Assembly (NCBI RefSeq): GCF_009914755.1
Contig: NC_060929.1
DNA length: 64,000 bases
Reading direction: 5' to 3' (one strand)
From: the human T2T-CHM13v2.0 reference genome, Homo sapiens
Position numbers and translations under genes: made by a program. How positions within the stretch are numbered: position 1 is the first letter of the stretch; every line of letters begins with the position of its first letter. Positions 36,406 through 50,800 of this stretch are shown piece after piece. The notes under the pieces are model-generated. The model worked only from the letters and a program-made list of their open reading frames with translations. It made no database searches and was not told where the DNA came from.

Positions 36406-37871
36406 TTTAATCAGGGAAGTTTACACAGGAGATTCCACTTTTTATAAAACATTTTATTTTTGCTTTGTTTCTTTGAACAATATCTGAATTAAATAGGATC
36501 ATGTTAAATTTTGTCAAGCATGTGTTGCATCACAAGTGTTCAGGTTGTTTTATTTGAATGGTTTAATATATAAACTGCAGCTTTTCTATACTAGTCCTAA
36601 TCTGTTTACTTTTTTTTTCTTCTGACCCTGGTACTACTTGTATATATTGTCCCCCCGCTAAAACAATAAAACAATTTCAGCATAGGTTTAAAGCATATTT
36701 CACAAGAACAGACTTAGTTTACACACATGTGTATATCTTATTTTTATTTTATCATTTTATCAGCTGTGAATATTAAAGCCAAATTTATATTACTTAAACA
36801 TTAATATAAAATGTTTAGTTCTTTGATAGTATTTAGCATCAATTTATTTTACAAGAATTTTGCCTTCATTATTTTTTGTAGACTTTTTTGTTTTGCTTAA
36901 TTACCCGGTGTTTTAGCCAGGGTTAAGGATGAATAGCCTAGACTCAAGAATCTGGAGATAAGTTGCTTCTTTTGTAAGAGTTTAAATGTTGATTATGCTC
37001 ATTATTTATATTCTCATCAAATTTCTATATATTTTCCTCCTTATTCTTGTGTCCCAGATTCCATTGTTTGTTATAATGTTTTGAAAAAAGCATTTTATCA
37101 TTATATCATAAATCACTTCTGAAACATTTTCCAAAAATCAATGGACAAAATCATGTAATTTCAACATTTTTCTTAAAGGTAAATTGAGTTGTCAGACTAA
37201 ATGATCTGGGAATTCAAAATTGAAAGCAGTATTGAGAGAGAGAGAAAGAGAATAGGTTGGAACTAATAAAATATTAGTTTACCAAAAAAAGGAGAGATTT
37301 TTCTGGTGTAAACTCTTTAATGAAGTTGAGCTTTAGAGCATTTAAATCTATCGCTGAAATGAGAATGAATGCAGCAATAAATAAGAACAAATAGTTGCTA
37401 AATAGATTTAAAACGAAAATGTATCTATTGACATTTCCTACATTGTAAACTCAGGTGGAGTGTTGTTAAGCTACCCGAAAGTTACTTTCTTCAAAGTACA
37501 ATTTCACCCACATATATAGTATTTTTTTCTAGATGGTAGCATTATTGGTGAGGTTTATAATTTTTGAGCTTTAGATTTAACAATAGCATACAGTATTCTT
37601 GGAAAATTTTATTGTTAAAATGTACCTAATATCTTAAAATAACACAAAGTTTAGAATAAAATCAGATTCCATTTTTACGGTATACTCAACTCAAAAATAA
37701 AAAACAGATCCTTTTAGTTCCTAAAACTTGCCAGTTGTTGGAGGGAATAAAATAGTAAGAGTTCTTTTATATTCTATAAAGAATATATCATGGATAACTT
37801 CCATGTTAAATATACAGATTTAATGTATTTGGCTGAATAGTTACAAAGTACATTCAATCACAATTGTACAA

Positions 37872-38110
37872 CACAGTGGTTAAGAATATGGGTTTTATAG
37901 TTTGCATTTCTGGGTACCAAGCATCCTAGCTGAGTGATCCAAAGCAAATTACCATGCCTTTCAGTGCATCAATTTCTCTATGTTCTAATGGGAGATTTTT
38001 TAAGTTTTTACTTACTCCCATGGGTTTGGTATGAGAACTAATAAATTAACCAATGTAACAAGCATAGTAAACTAATACAAAGTTAGTAATTGTTAAGTAA
38101 ATATTACTTT
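37872..38110 (+). mobile_element. MIR
   Basis: CAGTGGTTAAGAATATGGG...CTAGCTGAGTGATCCAAAGCAAATTAC...CATGGGTTTGGTATGAGAA. Confidence 0.7.
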
Positions 38111-38254
38111 ATATTATTTAGATTTTTCATTGATAAACATGTAATTTGCATTCAAAAGTTTTATTTAAGCACATTTACTAAAATGTTAAATGGGGAGAGA
38201 AACTAAAAAATTTAAAACTGAAAACATGGAAACAATTTATTTTCACCACCTCGC

Positions 38255-38380
38255 TATATTCATTTTACAATTAAAACACAATTATGGTCCAACATTTCAC
38301 AGCTACACAAAGAGTCAGTGAATAGGCCAGGATGCAATCTGAGATTCTTATCCCAGGGTCAGCATTCTTTCCACAAAACT
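38255..38380 (-). mobile_element. MIR fragment
   Basis: CATTTTACA...GCCAGGATGCAATCTGAGATTCTTATCCCAG...TCTTTCCAC. Confidence 0.5.
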
Positions 38381-39221
38381 TCTCTTATTTGTCTTTAGAT
38401 TCTTTTTTTAATGTGTCATAGATCACAACACCCTTCTAAGAATGTATTTTAGAGCAGTAAATGATGAATAATTCATACAAGCACCAATTCTGCAAATATA
38501 AAATGCTTCAATTGATCGATATTATTTATTATTAATTAATCTTCATTTATAGAAGAATTTCTAGTTGACTAACCACTTGGTGATGACACTTTTGGACTGC
38601 CCAGAAAATATGGCAGATTCAGCACTGGGTTAGCCACACTACTACCTCTCCACACTCTCATTAAAATGTCAATCAACAAATAATATAGGCACATATTCAC
38701 AAAGACAAATGAATGGGAGAGAAGACAGCTGTTGACTACCCATGCCAACAGAATTTTGGAAGATAGAGAAGAGATAATAACTAACATAATGGAGCAGATA
38801 AAGCCGAGTTCGTATGCTATGACTTTTACAAGAAACAATCAAGTATGCACAAGGAACAAAAGTTCCATGAACTGGAGATACATACACTTATGACAGTAGG
38901 ACTTGAGGAATAGCACGAAGATTAGAAATTCATGAAAATCTATTTAATAAAATATATCCTCATACATGTGCAGTTGAAAGTCAGCTCTCCAAACAAATGG
39001 AAGATAGCAATTTTATTCTCTGGATAAACTGAACTTGGTAAGCTACAGGCTAGGGCACAAAGGAGGAGGTGTGGCTACATTCTAACAACAGTGTTTTGGG
39101 GATATGAGTAGTCCTAATAAAAACCAACGGCTTTTCCTGTCTGATTTTAGAACCATCTGAGATATAGACAGATGGAAATTAAAATACAAGCTTTATGATG
39201 AGTATAGATAAACCCAGACTA

Positions 39222-40259
39222 CAGGTGATCTTTGAAGAACATAATGGTTGGGATTCTGACCTTCCACACAGTTGTAAATACATGTATAAATTTTGACTCC
39301 CTGAAAACTTAACTACTAATAACCTATTGATGTCTGGAGGCCTTAATAATAATATACAGTCGATTAAAACATATTTTGTATGTTTTATATATTATTTATG
39401 TTACAATAAAGAAAGCTAGAAAGAGGAAATGTTATTAAGGAAATTGTAAGGAAAAGAAAATACATTAACAGTACTGTACTGTACTGATCAATACCATAAG
39501 TTTACCTCATCTGTTTACAAGATGAATCCTGTCTGAAATGGTGGGCAATCACAGCTGCAGATCTCAATCTAAGATACATATGAAGCAATTCAACCTTTTT
39601 CTTGTAGTGTCATGACTTTTCTCTGCATCTTGGGAGCACTCCCAGTATCACTGGTGGCACTCCACATGGGTTCCATGGTGTTATTCAAGGTTTATGGTAT
39701 TGCCCAAAATACGATGAAAAATACGCACTGCAACAGATCACTTTATGCTGCTATATGCAATTTACTGGAGAGGTGAAATGCTCACACAGAGATGATTAGC
39801 AATCTACATCATTTTAAGTGGACACTCCCAACACTTATGTTCACTGCAATAACAACAGTAGGTAGCTATGAAATTATTACAATACTACAGTATAGACTAC
39901 AGTAAATGTTACAAAGTTATAATTTAACACTGCATTCTTATGTTTGTTTACATTTCTCTTGACTGTGAATGGTGCCATGTATGGTCTGTATTTGTGTAAG
40001 TTTTAATACATTTTAACTGTTTATAATAGATGTATATATATTTTATGGTAGTAAATGATAAACTAGATAGTATCAATATATATTTTATGCATTTGTAACA
40101 TAATTAATTTTTCCTTAATCCTTTCAATGTTTCTGGGGTACTGCGTTCATCTAAAAGTTTTTTCAAATCTCTAAAAATTTTTAATATATTTATTGATAAA
40201 AATATCCATGTATAAGTGGACATGCTACGTTCAAACTCATGTTGTGCAAGGGTCAACTT
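39222..40259 (-). mobile_element. Tigger2b-like non-autonomous TcMar-Tigger element (~1.04 kb)
   Basis: TIRs CAGGTGATCTTTGAAGAACA / TGTTGTGCAAGGGTCAACT, TA on both sides, ATCCATGTATAAGTGGAC subterminal motif. Confidence 0.88.
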
Positions 40260-41239
40260 TAATTGGTAAGATGTGCCTTTAGATTTGAAACATAAAGAGG
40301 CTTGCTAATTCTCCTAAGAATCACATTGACTTATCAACTCCGTTAGTCAGAACTGTGAAACTTTAGGCTTCCTCTGTAGACTTCTCCACTGGAAAAGTAT
40401 GGCACAGAGAACCTCAGGTTGCATGTGGTCAGGCTGGCTCATCAAAGATGGGAAGAAGGAGTGGTGCTGAGCATACCCAGTTCCCTTTGATATACTTATT
40501 CATTAGGTAGCAGTGGGGAGAGAAGCCATAAAACACTCCTTTCCAGGGAAATCCACCCACAAGGCAGATTACGTAGAAGGAAAAGTACTGAACCACGAGA
40601 CACACTCAGCCTCTTTCTGCTGTTCATTTCCCACCAGGCTGGCGTCCAGCATGGAGTAGCACCCTAAACCCCTACTTCCAGGCCACTTCAGATACTGGAT
40701 TGGAAACTTTTCTTTAGGGAAATTCAATAACTCCAGTGAAAAATCTAGAGACACCATTTTTATAACATTCTTTAAACATGGATATTCATTTCTCTCTTTT
40801 TTGGGGTGGGGGTGTTTGGTTTTGGTGTTATTTGTTTGTTTATTTCTTGACATTGAGAGCTGAATGAAAGCCTCAGGCTGAAACCCCTTCCTTTTGAACA
40901 TGCATTGTCTTTTCTTCAACTGGTTGAAGTCTTTCTCCTGTTGTAGCTGTTGCTTGGCCTGCTAACTTTTCCCCATCCCCAAACCCTGCTTAGTTCAGGC
41001 TGTCATTATTCCTCACTTACAACTTTATGATAGCTTCCTTACCTGGGCTTTCTGCCACTAGAATTATCATTTCTGAAGACTTTGCGTTCTGTAGCTATTG
41101 ATTCATTCAAGACCTGAATCTGTATCTGCAACTGTGAGATACTGACTACCATTTTCAAATCGCCCAGAAGGCCATTCTAAGTCCATTTATCATTTGTCTC
41201 TGCTTGTTTGTTTGCTTTCTTGCTTCATTTCTTTTCCTT

Positions 41240-41380
41240 ATTTCAAAAGTAATACATTTTAATTACAGAAAAATATAGAAAGACAGGTTGCCAAAAAGAA
41301 GAAAATAAAATTATCTATATTAGCACCCTTCAGATGGAGGCGAATCACTTTAAACAGTTTGGCATGCATTTTTCCAGCAA
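41240..41380 (-). mobile_element. L1ME4-like 3' end fragment
   Basis: AAAAGTAATACAT...AAAAAGAAGAAAATAAAATTATCTAT...AACAGTTTGGCATGCATTTTTCCAG. Confidence 0.6.
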
Positions 41381-42659
41381 AGTTCTGAATTTGCTTTTCT
41401 GCTACCTACACTGATTTCGTCAAAAGGGCCTATTTATCATGAAGACATATTGCTCTCATCATTCATTTGCTTTTTGCTTTGAAAATAGCATGGAAGTTTC
41501 AAGTATAGAATTCTTCGTGGTCAGAAATATGCAGGAAAACTAGATTAGTGAAATCATCTACCCTTCTTCAGTCACAATTCATTGCTGCAATCTGTGAGGT
41601 AATTTACTTAAAAATGCTGTACATTAGGAAATAAAATACGAAACATAAACATTTTATAAAATTCATAGGACATATCATTAATTAAGAGCATTAACCTAAA
41701 ATAAAATAGAGAGTAGCTCTCACTGAAGGAAGTAATATTTTACATAAATTAGAAAACTAATCTCAATACCATTTAATCATTACACTAATTGACACAGTAA
41801 ATTGACTATGGAAGTAACCAACAGAATATCTAAAACTAGAAAAATGTGTAAAATTTTTATTAACTAAAATTGAAACAAAAATCTATTCTTATTGACAAAA
41901 CATATCTGAAAAACTGTTTTCTATGGTCTGAGACTGTTGTCATCAATTTTACTTTTGGAATTTATGACACAATTGGGTGGAAAGAAACAAAACCACAGAA
42001 AGAACAATCAGCAAAATCGAAAATAAATAAATGTGGTCAATTAAGCAAATCTTTATTGTTAAATGTATCAGAAAATAACTCTTCCTGCCAACAATAATGC
42101 TTAAACTGTCCTTATTATAATATTGATCAAAGGACTACATTTGCTTAATTGGATTAGTAGCAGAAAATACCTTTTGAGAAAAATTCATCGATGTTGGCAT
42201 AATTCAGTTAAAATCTTCACCAACAAAGTGGAAGTTAAAATATTCTGGGTCAAAAAAGCAGAAACTAAATGGTAGGGTCAAAATTTCTTATAGAAACTGT
42301 TTCCCCCTCACGTTGATTTGAAAGTATCATGTTGTAATCCATTGATAATCCATATGTTACAAATGCATGTAATCCATTTGTTCTCCAATTTTCTTTATTT
42401 AACAGTTATAAATAGATAAATATTGTTACATGTAATTACAAAGCTGATATATTGTACCTCTAATCATACTTATTCTAGACTGAAAATTTTTAGGTAAAAT
42501 TTTTTCACAGTTTACATCTTAAAAAATAAGAATCCCTTATAGCTTAAGGAAGAAACCATAACTAATGGAATCAAAACTCTATGTTCCCTTCTCTGATCAC
42601 ATTCTCATAACTTGTTATAAACCAAACATACAACATACTTCTGATACGTTTCTTCCATT

Positions 42660-42880
42660 TGTGGCTGTTCAAGATTCCAGACAGACCTGAACTCAAGCCA
42701 GGTTCTGCCATTTTTTAGAGGCAGGATCTTTTTTAAGTTACTTAATTCTTATAGCTCATGGTTTCCTCAATGAAAAATTTAGGGAGTAATATTACCATAT
42801 CATTTATGGTTCTGTGTGGACCAAGGAGATAATCCTTAAAATTACTCAGCACCAGGTTAGTATTTAATACATGTTACATG
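42660..42880 (+). mobile_element. MIR
   Basis: CAGACAGACCTGAACTCAAGCCAGGTTCTGCCATT...AAGTTACTTAA...GGTTTCCTCA. Confidence 0.75.
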
Positions 42881-44712
42881 TGTAAGAAATTTTGATTTAT
42901 TATTATTATCATTATTTTTAATAAAATTAGGATTAATGCCTAAATCCATACAAGGCCTTTCCCTTGGGATGGGTTTCAACTAGGAACTTAACAACCAAAC
43001 AGCTGAAGCACTGGGAGTAAATATAAAACAATTCTAAAGTCACCCTTTATAAAAGGAACATAAAATTGCCATGCTAAATTATTTGTATGATGAGAAAATT
43101 TGGACATATTTTGTAACATTTTCCAAAGGCTTTAGTAATTAACTCAATTTAAGGCAGTTCAGGAGAAAAAAAAGTCTTTTGGAAGACAATGGTTATCAAA
43201 TGAAGTGAAATATAACCTCCACTATCAGCACTGTTTTTATACCAGTGCAAGACAATTGATGAGAAATGACTTATTTTTCTGTGTTAGTACGACCAACGTG
43301 CAAAAATAGATGACGTATTATAGAGATATGTGTGCACAACACCCGTTCTATTTGAAATGATATCTGTACTCCTCTGTGTGTCATTTGCTTGTTTTTACAC
43401 ATTTTCCAAGATAACTAAGTCTAATTACACTTAACCATGGCTATGTTTGCTCAGATTCACATTAAAGAATAAACTTAATAAAAAAAGTATCACTGTATTT
43501 TTAGCCTGAATTAGAAATATTGAAAAATTACATTTTCAAGGTTTCCAAATGCAGAATATGTAAAACATGCAGGAATTATTATTATATAATCTAAAATAAA
43601 CTATGCTCAAATAAGTGAAAAGCAGTGTTAGAACAGAAATAGTGTCAAAAAATATAGCAAGAATACTATTATTTTCTGAAGTAATTGGACTTGGGAATAT
43701 ATAATGTTAAATGTATTTTATCAGCAATTTACATAAAAGTATATGTATTTTTTATTTAAAAGTTTGACAGAATAGAAAATGGTGTTTAATTTTCAATTGC
43801 TTTGTTTTTAAGATTGTTCATTTATAAAAAGCAGCAGAGTATCATTTAGAAATTATGATGAATTTTCAGGTTTAGAGTCAGATGCAAACTCTAAAATTAA
43901 GTAGTTCCTGAGGATATCAATGATATGCACAGATCTCATCAAAAACATCTTTAACATCAAGGTACGGCTGTAATCAACATTACCGATCAATGCTTATTCT
44001 CTTACTTGGTGGAAGGTCAAAAAAGATGTGGGAAAATAACAATAGCAAAATACTTTTTCCTAGCTTCTATCTTGGCAAATAGCTAGTAGTCATAGTACAT
44101 TTAAGCCTAAATACCTTTAGAATTGATGATATTTTTATTCTTAACTTGATTTCACAGAATCTCAACACGTACTTTGACACAAATGTGAATATAGCGTTCT
44201 CTACCTCTTCATTTTGCAGGTTCATTGATTCTGCAAGTCTCAGTCTAAAACTCACTTAATGCTTCAAAATTTTAAAGTTTTAAAAATAAAAGTAATATAG
44301 TTGCTTTTGTATTTACTATTGTAGCACTATTCCAAAGAGGGGTTCTGTCCCTAAGTTTTCTCCCTTCCTCCAGATACATTTCAAAGAATATTTCCTTGTG
44401 ATATTTGTCAGGTGAACATATGCATTTGCGCAGAGGATTTTCTCTCTGTCTCTATAGATATTACCTTTGGCATATCTGAAGACACTTTCTCATTTCTTTT
44501 AATCAAATTAGACTTAATATCAGAACATAGTCTCTCTTATAAAAATATGGAGATTGTGAGCACATCAAAAGTCACAGTGAAATTAAACTCACTGGCCATT
44601 TTTGTATTTAAAAAAATTTTGAGAAATCAATATTAGTCAACCAGTATTTTCTAGGCATTTTGTAGGTGAAAGTAATATGTGTAAACCCTGTGGAATAAAA
44701 TGTTGTACAATC

Positions 44713-45979
44713 TGAGGGGAATTCAAAAAGTTTCTGGAAAATATGTATGATGAAAAAAACTATGCATAGATCTCAAAATGTTTTTGAACCAAAATAAACT
44801 TGCAGTAACTTGTTATAAGATATCTGAATAGGATCTACTTTAAGGCACTAAGAAGGATAAGACATCAGTTTGAAAAGAGTCCTCATCAGAGCAACACGAA
44901 TTCTGCTAAAATTGGACCAAAAAAAACCCCATCAAACTTATAATGAAGCTTGGGTGGAAAAATGGTGAAATAATTAATGCTTTACAAAAATTTTATGGGA
45001 GTAATGACCCAAAGAAATCAACTGCTTCTCTGAAAGAATAACTATTTGTAAGATGGGATGAGATTATATTGAAGGTAAACCCCACTGGAGCAGGTTATCC
45101 ACATCAATTGTTGAGGAAAAAGATTAATCTTGCTTGTGCCTTAATTGAAGAGGGTTTAGGATTAACAACAGAACCAATAGCCAACACTGTAGACATCTCG
45201 ATTGATTTAGTTTACACAATTCTGACTGATAAATTAAAGTTGAGCAAACTTTCCATTATACAGTTGCCAAAACTGTTGCACCCAGAACAGCTGTAGATAG
45301 GAGCAGAGCCCTCAATGGAAATATTAAGTAAGTGGGATAAAGATTCTGAAGCAATTCTTTGAAGAATTGTAATGGGATATGAAACATGACTTTACTAGTA
45401 TCATCCTGAAGACAAAACGCAACCAAAACAGTGGCTACCAAGACATGGAAATAGTCCCAAAGCAAAAGCAGACCAGTTAAGACAAAGGTCATGACCTGTT
45501 TTAGGGAAGTTCAAGGCAACTTGCTTGTTGACTTTCTGGGGGGCAAAAAAGACCCACAATAACATCTGCTTATTATGAGAGTATTTTAATAAATTTAGCC
45601 AAAGATTTAGCAGAAAAATACCCAGAAAATCTTCACCAGAGAATTCTTCTCTACCACAAAAATTCTTCTACTCATTCTCTTCACCAAAGAAGGGAAATGT
45701 AGCTAAAGTTTTGATGGGAAATTATTAGGCATGTGCCTTGCAGTCCTAATTTAGCTCCTTCTGACTTATTTTTGTTTCCTAATCTTATAAAGTGTGTAAA
45801 GGGCACCCATTTTCTTCAGTTAATATTAAAAAAAATCTGCATTGGCAAAGAACCCTCAGTTCTTTAGGGATGGACTTAACGGCTATTGACCTTGACAGAA
45901 CTTATGCTAAGAAATAAAGTTTATATTTATATTTTTATCTTTTAATTCCATTTTCCATGAACTTTTTGAAGTCCACTTA
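44713..45979 (+). mobile_element. HSMAR2 mariner transposon, full length, inserted in an L2
   Basis: TIRs TGAGGGGAATTCAAAAAGTTTCTGGAAAAT / ATTTTCCATGAACTTTTTGAAGTCCACTTA; decayed transposase with GDETW, HDNA and YSPDLAPSD motifs all mutated and multiple stops. Confidence 0.95.
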
Positions 45980-46254
45980 TATATTCCCTGTATTAATTCA
46001 GTTTTAATTAGAGGTGGTTTGTGCATTTGTCTTTGGTGGGAAGTGTTGGCGTTAATAATGAGATATGGGCATAAGGAAGGTGAAGCTGCAACAATCTAAT
46101 GTAGAATAGGAGGAAGTGCCAAAAGTGTGTGATCTCAGCTATATATGTGCTCTAGAAATTCAAAGAAGAAACTGAGTAAAGAGATTTGTTAAAATCTGAA
46201 GTAGACATTGCAAGAAAAGCTGTAAAATAAACTATAAGATTTAGAAAAGCTAAC

Positions 46255-46660
46255 GAAGGTTGACTTGAGCAAATAAAAAGTGGAGGACTTATTTTTCACG
46301 TATTGGGTTCAGGTGCTTCAACAGGATGGCTTCATTCCCAGGCTCCCCATGGAAGTGAGATAGTTGCCTGCAAGATTGTGTCTACACCTACAGGTTGAAT
46401 ACTTTAGAAAAGAGAATGTCTCCTTCTTGAATAGCCCTTGCAAATATAGACAAGAATTAGCTCTGATTGGGCCAGGTGTTTGTCTTGAGATCAGTAACTA
46501 TGGATAAAGAATGTTATGACCTGATTGCACTGGACAGAATCATAAAGCAGCTTTAACACATTGGTGTGGGATCAGAGCTACCTGAAAACCACCCCAACTG
46601 AAAAGAGGAGGACTGCTGATGGCAAACAAACAAACAAAAAATAATAAATATTTAGTATGC
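46255..46660 (-). mobile_element. MLT1J/K-type MaLR LTR
   Basis: GGTTCAGGTGCTTCAA...GGCTTCATTCCCAGGCT...CTCTGATTGGGCC...GACTGCTGATGGCAAACAAA. Confidence 0.65.
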
Positions 46661-47339
46661 ACAGGCTGATATATTATTGTGTAACACAACATTTATTTTC
46701 AGAAATTTACAGGGAATTCTTGCATAATTAAATAGCCAGCATTTTGCAGGTTCTACAAGAGATTATTATAAAATTTTCGATCACCAGTGTTTTCTCTAGG
46801 ACTAATGATATTGCCATTTACTGCATGCTATTTATCATGCATTGTGCTTGGTGCCTTTTGTATGTCATGTCTAATCTGCAGTACACCTATTTCATTGAAA
46901 GCATGATATTGCGCCTTATTGCCTTGCAAATAATTCCAATTCTATTTCTAAGGCTCTATTTGAGTTCTAACATTTCTCACAGTGTTTTGTTTTATTCTGT
47001 GAATATCACCATTTTTTACTTTTACAACTTTTTATTTAGTTAGACTTCTGAAGAAGAATGTTTTATTCAACAATTTTCCCTCTAATATTCCAAATCTTAA
47101 TATTTATTTTCCAGGATATATAGCAGACAGGATAATGACAAAATGCATGGAATCCGGAGTCAAATAGACCTGAGTCTAAGTCCCTGTTATGCAACAAAAT
47201 AAGTACCAAAAAATTAAAACAAAGTAGACAGAAACGCTTTAGAAATAAACACAACGTTAAAATTATTTTTCACATTACTTTCAGTTATTATTTCTATTCT
47301 TTTTTTTCATTTTATAACTAGATTTCCCTGTCAACATTA

Positions 47340-47590
47340 GTAAACTATCTGCCCTACTATCAATGAGTTCGATTTTATATCCCTGGGCCTTCACTTCATC
47401 TGTAAAATGGGTTAGTGATGCTATGTAGTACGAATATGTTAATTACCTTATGTTTGTTATCTCATTTGTTCCTCCCTGTCAATTTTTACAAAAGAGAAGG
47501 TAGACATTCTGAGGGTTAAATGATGTGGCAAAAGTTACACCAGAGGTCAGAGTCTCATATTAAATTTAAGTTATAATTGTCTCTGAATCA
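47340..47590. mobile_element. Two MIR fragments in opposite orientations
   Basis: TCCCTGGGCCTTCACTTCATCTGTAAAATGGG (+) followed by TTATCTCATTTGTTCCTC...GAGGGTTAAATGATGTGGCAAAAGTTACAC (-). Confidence 0.6.
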
Positions 47591-48389
47591 TTTTTGTATG
47601 CACATATAATAATTTACTTCAATATTTCTAAAATATATTTACAGGAGATTTCAAAAATATACTTGGTGATATTAGTCCTGGATGTTGATACAAAATGAGA
47701 AAGACGCAAACAAACAAGCAGACAAAATTAATGAATAATAAATAAATAAGTAAATAAATGATTGATGATGAAATGAACTAGGCAATATACATTTCCCCTT
47801 TTCTAATCTTCAACAGGGCATAATGGCAGTGCTACCAATTGCTCAAAGGCCAGAGATTCTTACCTGACTACATGAAAACCCCAGAAGTATCTTTTATTGA
47901 CATTATGTAAGGTAGCTAGACGCAGATAAAACACTCTTTTCTCCCAGCATATTTTTCTCTAAATGCAATGAGGGTCTTGAAAATCTAAAAATGAATTATT
48001 TCAGTTTATTATTTTGTAGCTATACTTAGAATGACAACATCAGAAGAGTGGTTACTTTGCTCTGCAAAATACTGAAATAACCACTATTGCTGTTAAATGT
48101 TCCTTTTGATAGAGTGTATTCAACTTCAAATGCTAAAGACCCTAATATAATTTTCATTTCTTTATTCTCTCTTCACAATTTTGATACTATATAACACAAT
48201 TGAAACAAAATTATAAACTATTTTCCAGTTCTTGATATTATCTGTATTATTTATTTTTCAAACAAAATTTGTTTTGTACAGTAAAATGAAGAGACAATTG
48301 CTCAGTAAGATTTTTTGATGAAATCATATGTCTTGAATTTGCATCTTTAATATCTATTAGCGAGGGTAGGAGAAATAGACATCTTTTGA

Positions 48390-48950
48390 AGTTGTTCATA
48401 GGAGATGAATTTATATATCTCTTTAGAAAACAATTTGCAATATTTTTCACAATATAATATTGCTTTAGTGTATTACTATGGACAGAGAACATATTGATTG
48501 AGGAATCCCACTTCTAGAAAAGTTTCTTAAAATAGTATATATAGAAGCATATTATTTGCGCCATAGTTAGTAATCATAAAATATTGGAAAAATCTGAATG
48601 TCCACCAATATGGAATTGAGTAAATAAATTATGATACATAGTTATAATGACAGACTATATAGCCATTAATAGAATAAAGCATCTCTACATGATTGTGAGG
48701 TGAAACAATCTAAACATATATTATTAAGTAACAGTAAGCAAGTTGTACATCCGCAGTAGAGCAAAATACCATTGAAATTAGTAAAGGAGTATACATACAC
48801 ATTTGTAGAGACACTGGATATTAATATATGGTAAAAGAATTTCTCTAAGAAGAGGAGTTGGTGGCAGAGGGGCAGGAAACTTTTTTTCACTTTATGTACT
48901 TCTGTAACTTTTAATTTTTTATCTTTACACAGAGTAAATATGCATTCTTT
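48390..48950 (+). mobile_element. L1ME4-like 3' region
   Basis: AATCCCACTTCTAG...TTGGAAAAATCTGAATGTCCACCAATATGGAATTGAGTAAATAAATTATGATACAT...TTTCACTTTATGTACTTCTGTA. Confidence 0.75.
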
Positions 48951-50203
48951 TTAGAGAAAGAATATCTGGCTAAAAACAAACATTTGTATGTAAACCCTTT
49001 GGGGAACTATACTATCTAGACAGCAAAAGTTATTTCTGAAAATCATATTTAGAAGAACTTCCTAAGATGAACATCTCAGAAAACTTCTACCAAAATGACA
49101 GAAAAGATAAATAATATGCAGACAGAAAGAAAAACATTTCTATAATCTTGCTAAAGAAACTAGCTCTTGAGATCAATGTGGGAAATTAGCGATGCTAGTT
49201 ATAGTGCAGAATTGGAGCTGTCTTATTGATAATTTTGAATATTCATATTGAAAAGTTACCATATGTAATACATTCATTATACATGAGACAGACAAAGACG
49301 CAGCCAAAAAGCTTCAATATGCTGACATGACCCAATTTATTCAAGGTCACTCAGCCAGTCTGTGTTAAAATCAAAAATGAACTACGGCTCATAATGGAGC
49401 CCTCATTTTACTAGACTACATTCTCTGAGAGAAGTGAGTAGCATTCATCATGGTGACATATTACCCTTAGGCTAGACCACTGTAGTTTGGCATTCATAAT
49501 AAAAAAGAAGCAGTAAAAGAAAACAAAAAAAAAAAGAAAAATCCACTTATTCAAGTTAAGAGGATATCTCTTTTCCAGTAACTCCAAATTTACCAGTATA
49601 CCTGTTTCTTCCCATGAGCCTGATACAATAAGTGGGAACAAGATGTAAGAGCAATATTTGGGGTAAGGACAGCATCTAGAATGGCAAATGAATTTCAGAC
49701 TCCAACTCCACCCCACTTCACTCTCCAGACTAATTTCTGATTGACATTAACAAAATGCAAACATGCATTATAAAGACATTTTCTCACCTCCCTATTATTT
49801 GCATTATTTACTTATCACGAACAAAATGCATTTTAAAGGCAGAAATGTATAAAAGTTATTCAAGTCTGAATTCTTGTATTCTGAGTATGGTCCACACCTT
49901 CACTTATGACATTACTTATATGCAAAAATCAAATGCAAGCTTATTACAATAGACATATATTTTGCAGCTCCCAATGTTTAAATAAGTTTGAACAGTAATT
50001 GTATTTTTCAACAATCCCTTGGGAGGAAATAAAATATTGTTTCTTCTGATCTCTAACTGCAGGAAAAAAATGACTTTATTACTACTTTCCTTTGTTTCCT
50101 ACAGTCTGTACTTTGACACTACATAAACTGAAACATTTTTACAAATAAATAAAAACACTTTTCCTTCATAGATATCTTTCTAGAAAGTCTAAGTTTGGGC
50201 AAC

Positions 50204-50251
50204 ATACACACACACAGGTACACACACAGGCACACACACACAGGCACACAC
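50204..50251. repeat. Interrupted (CA)n / CACACACAGG simple repeat
   Basis: Read directly. Confidence 0.8.
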
Positions 50252-50459
50252 TCCCTCGAATGAAATGGTCAAACCGAATAAATATTTGAAATATAGACAA
50301 AAATCTGAATCTTCTCTCCTTTCATATGAAGTAACTCATTTATATATGCATTGTTCTCGTCAAACCATCTTGGAATGTGGTATATACTACTAAAAAGCAA
50401 AGCTTTATTCTCCTTTGTGCTGACTCTATCCTTTCATTCGTTAATTCAAAAGGAGATCA

Positions 50460-50800
50460 CAACAAATTTTTAGGCATTTTCTACAGTTAGCTCGTGTTGA
50501 ACTAAAATTCCTGTATCTCTCCTATCTTTACTTAAATATACAATTAACTTATTGTTCCTGTTATTTCCTTTTGGCAAGCCAGCATAAGATTTTGTATTAT
50601 TACCTGATATTTTATCTTCTTAAAATGGAAAATTATCTCAACCACTCAAATTTTTTTTGCATTTGATATTGTATTCCATCACCATTTATTTACAATATTC
50701 GTCACCTTGAAATTAGATAGACAAGCTATCAGTGTCTTCATCTGAGTCATTAATAAAATTTTTGATGTGCCAGAGCCAAATAAAAAGCCATCATATTCCA
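50460..50800 (-). mobile_element. L3/CR1 LINE fragment (RT region)
   Basis: GTCTTCATCTGAGTCATTAATAAAATTTT reverse-translates to ..FINDSDED, cf. CR1 RT motif FNIFINDLD. Confidence 0.6.

Noticed and set aside
38560-38890. ORFs 38569..38838 and 38669..38887 as a possible exon
   Set aside because: No recognisable homology or splice framing; may be a very old L1/HAL1 5' remnant.
43860-44230. Possible + strand exon (TTTTCAG at 43869, AAG|GTACGG near 43961, acceptor-like site at 44219)
   Set aside because: No recognisable peptide and a weak donor; such motifs are common by chance without transcript evidence.
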